Shown here piece after piece: positions 26,946-41,130 of a stretch of DNA of 64,000 bases. Position 1 is the stretch's first letter; the number at the start of each line of letters is the position of its first letter. The DNA comes from Piromyces finnis finn. Taxonomy: Eukaryota; Fungi; Neocallimastigomycota. A program made the position numbers and the translations under genes. Under the pieces are notes generated by a model. That model made no database searches and was not told the DNA's origin. It was given only the letters and a program-made list of their open reading frames with translations. Where the stretch lies: positions 127,875 to 191,874 of the forward strand of contig MCFH01000080.1 in assembly GCA_002104945.1 (NCBI GenBank), read 5' to 3'.

Positions 26946-28526
26946 ATGTGGCCATTTAAATCTGCTGAAAAAATTTTACTTAAAAAAATGGATATTAATC
27001 CATTTTATCCTTATATACTAAAAGATAATGGTAAATCATCAAATATATATATATATATATTATGTTTTTATTCTTTATTTTTTTTGGTTTTCGTTTTGTT
27101 TTTTTCTTCATTTTTTTTTCTTATTTGCAACTAATTGTTGTTAAAAAAAAAAAAAAAAGTATAATTTTATTATTATTTTATACTCTATCAATATTTTTTT
27201 TTATTTATTTCATTAAATATATCATAATTATTATTAATATAATAATATATATTTAGTTTAAAATATATATATCACTTTTCTCGTATTGTTAATAAATACA
27301 ATATTTTTACATTATTATATAAATCTCATTTGGTTGGAATTGCCTATTTATATAGAATTAATTATTAATGCTAGAAATAAATATTATTGGATTTCTGTTA
27401 TTCTAGTAATAATTACTCTTTCTGGAACTTTAATTACTTGGCTTGTCAAAGGCTTTAAAAATGTATAAATATCTTCTAGAGAATAAATATATTAAAAACA
27501 AAAAAAAAATAATAATAATAATTGGAATTAACTTTAAAATTATAAATATATAATAATTTCTTTTCTTAAAAATATACATATCTATCTATATCTATAGTTA
27601 TTCTTTTTAATTTTTGTCATATCCTTTATCGCTTCATTAATTTTTAGTATTTCAAAACTTGGTATTAATATTTATAAATTGGTGGCGGATGAAGAACTTT
27701 ATATTTTTATGAAAATTAATATATATGGTAAAAAAGTTACCCTCAGTGATATTTATAACATTTATATAAGAGTAAAAAAAACAGGTAAAGATAATTAAAT
27801 AATTTCAAAAGTATCAATAAAAATAAAAAAAAAAAAGAGATAAATATGTCTATTTATATTAATACCTTCAAGAATATTAAAAATTTTATTTTACTTTTAA
27901 TAATATTATATAATATACCTATTATTAATCATTCTACAATTACTTTTCAAAAAAAAAAAAAAATAATAATAATAATAATAATAATAATAAGATCAATGGG
28001 GAACTAGAAAATACTATTTAATTTTGGGAGGTTATAAAATGAATCCTTTAACAATATCCGGGAAAACTAAAAATATTGAAGAATTAAGGAGATTGGGGGT
28101 GATGATAGCTGAAAATTTAAATATAAACTTTTTCGATTATCCAAACTGTTCACCTTATCGTACGTACATATATTCTTCAAATAAATACTACTATATACTA
28201 TAGTTCATCTTTTTTTTTTTTTTTCTTTTTAGTTTTGTTCTATTTTCATTAACTTTATTTTTATCTAAAAAAAAAAAAAATAAAAAAATAAAATAAAAAT
28301 AATACTATTTATATACATTTATATCATTCCATGATTTTATATATATTTAAATTAATCTAGATGCTATCATTCATTATCCACCAGATTATGATTATGAAGT
28401 TGTTTTATAAAATAAATGTTTATAACTATATTATCTTTAAAAAAAGGAACTATAATTTTTTATTTTTCTCCCTAGATTATTGATGCCAAGGAACATCAAA
28501 ACAATGACAAAATCACAAATATATAA
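26946..28526 (+). CDS. TMEM249: TMEM249 (CATSPER-theta)-like two-TM protein, 211 aa, 6 exons
   Basis: Exons 26946-27030, 27356-27462, 27598-27784, 27992-28159, 28361-28398 and 28476-28526 join in frame via GT-AG (636 nt). Protein: NPFYPY..two TM segments..IYIRVKKTDQWGTRKYYLILGGYKMNPLTI..EELRRLGVMIAENLNINFFDYPNCSPYHAIIHYPP. This is collinear with recalled human TMEM249 (NPYYPF..VYVRL..FFHLVLGGHRLEPL..LGRYIARKLNINYFDY..HVVRHWPP). Confidence 0.75.
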
Positions 28527-29029
28527 TACAATAGATAGTATACCATGTTTTTAAAGTATTATTAATAAAAATATAAATTTTCACATAATTTTTTTTTTTT
28601 TTTTTTATTTTATTACTTATTAAAGATTAATAATGAAATGTAAACTAACAGACTAACAGATATTACTTTAATGGATTAAATAAAATATTAAAAATTGCAA
28701 TATTGAAATGAAAGAAAAATATATATATATGTGAATATGCAATATATAGATATTAATTAATTAATAATAAAAATAAAAAACTAATAATAAATAAATTAAT
28801 AAATCAATATTGAAAAAAAAAAAAAAAAAAAAAATTTTTTTTTTTTTTTGATGTCTTGAAAATAAATAAATAAAAATAAATTATCATTTTCTAATTTATT
28901 GTATGTATAAATTTGACATAGTATTTAACTCAAATTGATTTAATATAATAAATGTCTAATAATTATGATGTTGTTAAAAAAAAAAAAAATGACGAAAGAC
29001 AGTGGTATTCAAATAGCTTTTTTTTTTTT

Positions 29030-32458
<3,429 letters not shown>

Positions 32459-33916
32459 GGAATATATATTACTGATAATAATGTAATAATTCATGTTTTT
32501 AATTATGTTTTAAATTTTTAAATTTTAAATCTACTGATTGAATTGCTTATTCATTTTTTAAAATTAATGATAAATTGTAAAATGAATCAATTTAAAAAAA
32601 AGAATATAATAATAGTTATCATATTAAAATTAAAATCATTTATTTTATATACAATTACAATGTTTTCTTTTTTTCTGATATTTCATTTTTTTATGTAAAT
32701 AAATTGGATTTTGATAAAATCTCAAACAGAATTGTCATCTATAAACATACTTTTGAAAATTTGGAAAATGGAAGAATCAACAATGTAAAATTTTTAAATT
32801 CTTTGTATAAAATTAATATAATAGATAATAGAGTATGAATATGTTTTCTTTTCAAAGAAAAAAAGGAAAAGAAATCCAAGCAATATTAAAAATACTGTTG
32901 TCGCTTTTGTTTTTAATAATGTATGATTGAATTTGAAATTAATTTGAAGTATTCATGTTTTAATTTTCCATCACATAACTAATTACATAAAATATTTGTT
33001 TTTATATGTATATATGTATATAATGTGAGAGTTATTGAGAGCAATTAAAATAAAAATATCTAATTTGTATTGAATGTTTCATTGTTTAAATCTTTTTATA
33101 AATAATATATATCCATTATGGTAATATTTTAAATTAAAAAAAAAAAATCCAAATTCTATCATTTAATCTCATATTACAAATTATTGTTGTAATTAGCTTT
33201 GATTTATAATACTACTAAATATATATATATTCAAGTAAAACAATTCATTGTAAAATAAATATACTCTAATTACCAATTAACTTCATCTTAATATAACAAA
33301 TATAATTTATAAATTTTAAAAAAAAAAAAAATAACCACTTTAAAAAAATTTAATTCATTACTACTAAGAAAAATTAAAGTTTTCTTTAAAAAATTTTTAA
33401 AGGATTATGGTAATATAATATTAAAATAATAAAATAAATTTTTAAAATATATAATTGTTTTTTTAAATAAATTTTGCTTTTTCGATTTTAAAATATACTT
33501 TAAACAATAATAATATAAAAAAAAGAAAAAAAGACTTGGTTTTTCTTTATAGTTTATTAGTATAATAAGCTCGTTTTCTATATTTATATTAACCTTTTAG
33601 ATATATAAATAAGTAGCATTATTTTATTAATAATAATTATTAAAAACTTACTCATTAATACCTTATTCATTCTTTTTTTTATATAAATATATAAATGATA
33701 CATAGTTCTAACTTTTAGATAAATAAAATACTTACTTTTATAACTCAAAAAAGATTATATTAATTGAAAATGTGAATTTATTATGTATGTAATTACTATT
33801 ATTATTTTAAACAATAAAATAAGGAAGAAACTTTTTAATTTATAAATAAATAATATACATATTTTTTATTTGAATATAAAAAAAATAAGCATTTATTATT
33901 AATTAACTATTCTAGC

Positions 33917-34072
<156 letters not shown>

Positions 34073-37000
34073 AGGCAAAAATTCAAATATTTTTTATACA
34101 ACTATAATCATTTTATTTTATTAAAATAATAATATAATAATATTATAGTATTAATTCTATATATTGTTTATTTAATCCATGACATTAATTATAAAAATTT
34201 CAAAATGTAAAATATTGGATGTCAACAAATTTTGGTTTATATGAATAAAATATATATAATTAAATGAGTAATTATACTCATTTAATATATATATTCACTT
34301 ATTTTTCCACTTTGTTTATCATTATATAATGTTAAATATGTAAATAAACATTAATGTAATTTAAATCATTGATTAAAAATAACTAAGTTACTTTGGAATA
34401 TATTTATGTAATAAATAAAGATCAAACTTTTCTGTTATTCTTGTTTCTATTAGTACAAATTATTAAAGAGATAAAGTTTGATATATCAATTTTACTTTTT
34501 AGAATTATCAAAATGATTATTATTATATTTTATAAATGTAACATTTTTAAAATTTTATTTTTACATTCCTTTTTTTCTTAAATAACATTTATTTACTTTA
34601 AAAAAAAAAACATTATTAAAACTCATTCAACATTTCCTTAACAAATCATCAAAGAAAAGAATTCTCTTTTAAACTTTTCAAATAGTTCAATCTGAATAAA
34701 TTAAAATTTTTAAATATTAAATTTAAATAAATATAAAATTCTATTTATTATCATTTTAATAATTAAAATTTAATTTGACTATTTTAAGGATAATTTAATG
34801 AACCTTCTTAGCAAAAAAAAAAAAATAAAAATTTGAAAATTTTTAAAAATAAGATGATACTTTAAATAAGCAATTACTATTTACAAAATAAGATACTCTT
34901 ACCAGGAGGAAGGTTCTAGCTTATTTGCTATGTAGTATTTTAATATATATAAATATAAAAATATTAAATAACTTCAAGTATTTTAAATGCTGTATTAGAA
35001 TGAAAAATATTTAATTTATCTATTTAAAACATATTCATTTATAAAGACACTTTGCCACTTTAAAAGCTAATGTATCTAAAGTAATTCCATACAAAAAAAT
35101 AAAATACAACGACATTATAGAATGACTTTATTATAAATTAAAAATAGTATTCATTTTACTTTTATGTTAATTCATTAACTCTGAATATAAAAAAAATAAT
35201 ATATGATACAGAAATATTTTTATTTTAAATTAATAATTATTTATGAGTTAATATACAAAAATTAAATTTTGGCAATATAGAAAGAATCTATTTATATTTT
35301 GTGTTATATAACTTTCAAAAGTTTCTTATGAAAGCAAAGAGGAAAAACAAAATAATGAATGAATAATAGTAAATAATAAATAATGATAATAATCATTATT
35401 TACCCATTATTATTTATATAATCCTTTGCTTTTCTTACAACTATCTTTATAAATATTAAATCATCTTTGTCACACCCTGTTTAGATTTATTTAAAGTATT
35501 AATATTAATTATAGATTTAAATTTTACTATTTTTTTAAACTTTTTAAACTTTCATAATAAATACTATTTAATATACTATTAATATATGTTTGTACGATAT
35601 TGCTATATTAATATATTTTAATATGCATCATCACTTATTAAAAATTCTCAATAAATATTGGTCAAAATTTTTAAAAATTTGATTTTTATAAATATTATCA
35701 AATCATATTCGTTCGGATCGGTAAAAATAATAATTTCCAATTTATTCTTTTTTTAATTAATTTTTATAAACTTCATTAAATTATATATATAATATATACA
35801 ATGATGATATATATTACATAATAATCTGATATATATTAAATAATATATATCAAGTAAATATACTTCTATTTAAGCATTTTTTTTTTTTTTTTTTAATTTT
35901 TTCTTTGCTTTGATTAAAATTATCAAAGTTTGATTGATAATAAAATGTAATAAAGATTATAATTATAATTATTAGGATTGTTATTAAAGTAATTACTTTT
36001 TTATCTTTTTCATAATAATAATGTGTAAAAAGGGTATGTTTCATTAATTTTACACAAAAAAAATGGTAATAAGTTATAATGAATTCTTAATTTTTTATAA
36101 TTCCATAGTTATATATAGTATTATATATGCAAAGTAAATTTATATTAATTATTTGAAATGTATACTTTGTAACAAGTTTGTTTATAGATAAAATTGTTTT
36201 GGAGATAAAATTATAATAATAATAATATCTTTAATTATTATAGGAGCAATAATATCAATAATACTATTACCACCTTATTTTTTGTTTTCTTTTTAAGTTC
36301 TGAAATAATTTAATTTGAAATTTAAAAAGGATTCATATTCATTCCATTGATTGATAATTTTTTTTTAATATTAAATTATTACAAAAACAACAATACAAAA
36401 ATTTGATATGATATTTATTAATTTGATAATTGGATTGGACGAAATATACCCATAAAATAACCTACAATCTAGTACTAAATTTAACATTTCTCCATAATTT
36501 TAAAATATTATTTAATAAAAAAAAAAAAAAAGAAATAAAATATATTTGTTTTTTTATTATTATTTATTATTGCTATTGTTATTATTAATTATTTAGTAAA
36601 GGTATTAAAATTATGTTATTAATTAAATGGGCCTTTTTATATAATAAATAGCTGTAATTAAATAATATTAATTAATTAATTACATAATAATAGTTAAGCA
36701 TTTCAATTATTTAATTTTCATTGAAATTCAAAAAATAATAAATAGACTACATTATTGTACTTTACATAAAATTGAGTATTTCATAAAATTATGGTTGGTT
36801 TATAGAAATACATCCCATAATTTGAAAATTATTATTTTTTTTTTTTTTACTACTATCCTTTTTTTCTTCTTTGCTAACGGCTTCGATAATAACCAAGTCT
36901 TTACCTCCAATTTTTCACCCTTTTTTAAATTAATATTACAATTTAAATTATATTTTTTTATCTTTATTATATTTTCATTTGTTTTAAAAGTTTTTGTAAT

Positions 37001-37381
37001 ATAAACAAATGAATAAATGTATAATAACATAAGAAATATATTATAAATAAATACTTTAATTAAATATAAATATAATTGATTAATATTATAATATATGGGG
37101 AAAATTTTTTCAATGTAAAACAATATAAATTTTACAATATATAAATACTCTTTATATATATTTTATATCGAATTAAATTAAATTTAACTTTTTATATATA
37201 TTATAAAATAAGTAAGTAATATAAATATATTGATAATACATTATAATCATTGGATTATTATACAAGCTAAAAAAAATTTTATTGGATAAAAAAAAAGATA
37301 TAAATAAAATATTTTTTCTTTTTTTTTTTTTCTTCACATCATATTTATATTATAATATTATTATATTATATAATATAAAAA

Positions 37382-39324
37382 ATGCAAGCTTTATTAAATC
37401 AATCAAACGGTTTACTCAAAAAGACTGCCTCTATTGGTTGTCAAAGAGGTTTAGCTTCTATGTCTGAAGCTATTAAGGAACGTATCAGATGCCCATCTAT
37501 GCTTAAGAAGGTTACCAACAATCCAGAAGATGTTACCAAGCATCTTTTCGATGATATGCGTATGGGTTGGTCTGGTTTCACTGGTGTCGGTTACCCAAAG
37601 GTAATTAATAAAAACAATTATTATTTCTAATATTTCTATTTATTCCAAAATATCTATTGTTTAAATTTATTTTATTAAAAATAAATTGTGATCAATGAAT
37701 AAAAATGTAAAAAATCAATTAATTAGTAAATTTATTTGAATAGTAATAAAAAAATAAGAGAAAGTGAAATGAAAAAAAAATAAATTAAAATTTATTTTAA
37801 ATACTTATTCAATTTTACAATGAATAATTATACATTATAAGAATGATAAGAATAAAAATTAAAAAAAAATGATATTTTTATATTAAATAGGTTGTCCCAG
37901 AAATGATGGCTCAACATGTTGAAAAGAACAACCTTAAGGGTAAGTTCGGTATCCACTTAGTTATTGGTGCTTCTGCTGGTGCTGCTGTTCACAACAGATT
38001 AGCTAAGTTAGATATGCTCAAGTTCCAAGCTCCATTCCAAAACGCTAAGGATGTTAAGACTTGTATTAACACTGGTAAGACTAACTTCGCTGATACTCAC
38101 CTTTCCAAGTTCCCAGTCGATTTATTATACGGTTACTACGCCTTAGATAAGAAGGTTGACCCAGAATTCCCACTTGATGTTGGTGTTCTTGAAGCTTCTG
38201 CTATTACTGAAGATGGTTTAGTTATCCCAACTGCCTCTGTCGGTACTTCTAACATTATTGGTCAAGTTTCTAAGAAGATTATTATTGAAATCAACACTGC
38301 TGAACCATCTTTCGAAGGTATGCACGATATTGAAACTGAAAACCCACCAAACTGTGGTCCACTTATGATCAAGAGCGTTGGTGACAGAATCGGTACTAAG
38401 GGTATGAAGATTGACCCAAGCAGAATTGTTGCTATTGTTGAATCTACTACCCCAGATAAGACTCCAAACAACACTAAGCCAGATGCTAAGTCTCAAGCTA
38501 TTGCTAACCACATCGTTGACTTCTTCAACCAAGAAGTTAAGGCTGGACGTATGCCAAAGAGTCTTTACCCACTCCAATCTGGTATTGGTAATGTTGCTAA
38601 CGCTGTTGTTTCTGGTCTTGTTGACTCTCCATACGAAAACGTTACTGTTTTCACTGAAGTTTTACAAGATTGTTTCCTTGATTTCTTCGACAAGGGTAAG
38701 CTCGACCATGCTTCTGCTACCTCTATCCGTCTTTCTCCAGATGGTTTCAAGAGATTCTATGCTAACAAGGACAAGTACGCTCCAAGAATTACTCTTCGTT
38801 CCCAACACATCTCTAACTCTCCAGAATTAATTAGACGTCTTGGTGTTATTGCTATGAACACTCCAGTTGAATTCGATATCTACGGTCATGTTAACTCTAC
38901 CTGTGTTATGGGTACTCGTATGATCAACGGTATTGGTGGTTCTGGTGATTTCCTCCGTAACGCTAAGTACTCTATTATTCACGGTCCAGCTTGCAGAAAG
39001 AGTAAGAACGATAAATTCGGTATTACTACTGTTGTTCCAATGGTTACCCACTGTGACCACCCAGAACACGATTTAGATGTCTTAGTTACTGATGAAGGTT
39101 TAGCTGATATTCGTGGTTTAGCTCCAAGACAACGTGTTGACCGCATTATTGACAACTGTGCTCACCCAGTCTACCGTCCAATTCTTCACGAATACTACGA
39201 TCTTGCTTACGATGAATGTCTTAAGCGTAAGGCCGCTCACGAACCACAATTACTCGACAAGGCCTTCAAGATGACCTTAAACCTCCAAAAGAATGGTACC
39301 ATGAGAATTGACAACTGGAACTAA
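37382..39324 (+). CDS. ACH1: Acetate:succinate CoA-transferase / acetyl-CoA hydrolase family, 550 aa, with an N-terminal organellar presequence; 2 exons (37382-37600, 37891-39324)
   Basis: GWSGFTGVGYPK|VVPE, LQSGIGNVANAV, TEVLQD, EFDIYGHVNST..MINGIGGSGDFLRNA and DHPEHDLDVLVTDEGLADIRGLAPRQR are Ach1/ASCT motifs. Strong high-expression codon bias. Confidence 0.95.
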
Positions 39325-40081
39325 GTATCTTAATAAATTAATTTAAATAGCCATCCCTCCTTTTTTTTAATATCTTAGAATTTAGAAAAAGAAAAAGAAA
39401 TAAAAAAAGAGGATATATATCATAATTAGAATATATAAAAATAAATATGCCAGTAAAATTATAATAAATAAAAGATTTATTTTTCTTTTTATTTATTTAT
39501 TTTTATTTGGAATTTATTTTATTAGAAAAAGTAAAATATAAAGTAGTATAACAAAGTCTTTTTTGAGTATTCCAAAATACAAATTAAGAAAAAAATATTT
39601 CAAAGAAAGAAAGCTTTTATTTATTTTTTTTTTGTAAAAATAAAACTAATAATAATAAAAACTAAAAAATCAAAAATATATAAATTAAAAAATGCTAGTA
39701 AAATATTAAAATATAAAAAACTAAATTTTAGGAAATTAAATAAAAAACCTTCATATAATAAAAAAAAATAATTTATTTTTATTATTTATAAAAAACCAAT
39801 ACACAAAACGAAAATACTAAAATTACATCTATCAAAATTTAACTATTATTTTTTTAAATTAAGAAAAATAACGGTTAAAGTATTTATATATAAAATAATT
39901 AATAAATAAAATTAAAAAAAATTTAAAAAAAAATTTGAAATATTTTATTTTGGTATTTAAATTTTAATAAAATTTGATTTAATCATTAATATTAAAGGAT
40001 TATGAAATAATTTAGTGGAGATGTATTTAAAATGGTATAATAAAGTTTATCATAATGATATTTTTTATATAAGCAAGACAA

Positions 40082-40163
40082 GTCAGTTTGTCCGAGTGGT
40101 TAAGGAGTTTGACTCGAAATCAAATAGGCTCTGCCTGCGCAGGTTCAAATCCTGCAGCTGACG
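40082..40163 (+). tRNA. tRNA-Ser(CGA), intronless, long variable arm
   Basis: Acceptor stem GTCAGTT/AGCTGAC, D arm TCCGAGTGGTTAAGGA, anticodon arm TTTGA-CT-CGA-AA-TCAAA, variable arm, T arm GCAGG-TTCAAAT-CCTGC, discriminator G. Confidence 0.97.
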
Positions 40164-40168
40164 TTTTT
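40164..40168 (+). terminator. Pol III T-tract terminator of tRNA-Ser
   Basis: TTTTT immediately after the discriminator base. Confidence 0.8.
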
Positions 40169-40237
40169 ACTTTGGATTTAAATTTTTTTTTTTTTTTTTA
40201 AAGAAAAAGTATATTCTATTCAACAATCATTTCAACA

Positions 40238-40535
40238 CCCCCCTCTTGGGAACGTGCCTTCATTTATTTAATAAATGTAGTTTCTCAAGGGGGTCTACTC
40301 ATGCTCATGGTACTGAGAGAGTAGAAAGAATTAAATCCAAGTATTGCGCAATGGATGCTTGGTGCCCTCTTAGGAATGTGCCTTCATTTATTTAATAAAT
40401 GTAATTTCTCAAGGGGGTCTACTCATGCTCATGGTACTGAGAGAGTAGAAAGAATTAAATCCAAGCATTGCGCAATGGATGCTTGGTTAGTCTTCAAGGG
40501 AAAATTATTAGGACTAAGCTCATGGTACTGAGCGA
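40238..40535 (+). repeat. Structured ~124-nt tandem repeat (2 units: 40241-40364, 40365-40487) plus a terminal two-hairpin module; candidate RNA element
   Basis: Near-identical units, each folding into three hairpins; differences between copies mostly preserve pairing. Confidence 0.85.
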
Positions 40536-41130
40536 TTAAAAAACATTTTATTCATCAAATTTAAGTATTTGATGAATAAGTGAATGTTTGATTTTTCAGG
40601 TAAGTTTGTATAGTATTTAATTAGAAGAGTAATACATTTTGTTGCTGTATTTTTTCTTTTATTCATGTATTCATGTAGTACTACTCTTCTCTTGTAAGAA
40701 TCCAATGTAGTCAACTTTAGCATTTGCATTGTACTTTTATATTCATGTAGCTATTGTTGTATTGTTTCTTGTAAGAGACTGATTCACTCTACATCATGTA
40801 AAAATACTATTCACAAGCTTTCTGGTGTCGACATTCTTGATTCAAATTTTTTACCAATTTAAATATTTAATGAAAAGTAAAGTCAAACAAGTTTAGTGTC
40901 AAAAAGCGAATCGAATTTACTAACAACAAACCAAAACTAGAATTTTTAAAGAAAATTTACAACTAGAATTCAAAAAAAGAAACTTTAAACAAAGCATCGT
41001 AACAATTTTTGTACTATCCAGTACTTTTAAGAAGAGAGAGAGAGACAGATTTTTTTCCATATACGTTATATTTGTAATTTTTATTAGTATTTATTTTATA
41101 TTCAATATTTTTTAATTAGAATTTATTATC

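Noticed and set aside
26946-27468. A 65-aa tail-anchored microprotein ending FKNV*
   Set aside because: The GTATAA at 27463 is better read as a splice donor; the downstream exons continue in frame into TMEM249-like motifs.
32660-32840. About 50-codon open stretch (DISFFYVNKLDFDKISNR..)
   Set aside because: No start or splice support and no recognisable homology; expected by chance.
38218-39069. Antisense and alternate-frame ORFs within ACH1 (38218-, 38262-, 38411+, 38565-, 38827-)
   Set aside because: Shadows of strong codon bias in the real CDS; no recognisable motifs.
40295-40335. CTGAGAGA..GAAA as a hammerhead core
   Set aside because: It does not match CUGANGA, and only GUA separates it from GAAA, leaving no stem II.
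40241-40364. Unit as a snoRNA, snRNA or Pol III SINE head
   Set aside because: No terminal ACA, no C-box TGATGA, no U1/U2/U4/U5/U6 or 5S signature and no B-box were found by eye.
40238-40535. Repeats as a CRISPR array
   Set aside because: Units are ~124 nt and abut with no unique spacers; the context is eukaryotic and there are no cas genes.
40481-40540. Terminal module as an HDV-like or pistol ribozyme
   Set aside because: There is superficial similarity (hairpin followed by CGA; UUAGUC/GACUAA pairing), but P1.1/P3, or pistol P1/P2, cannot be formed in both copies.
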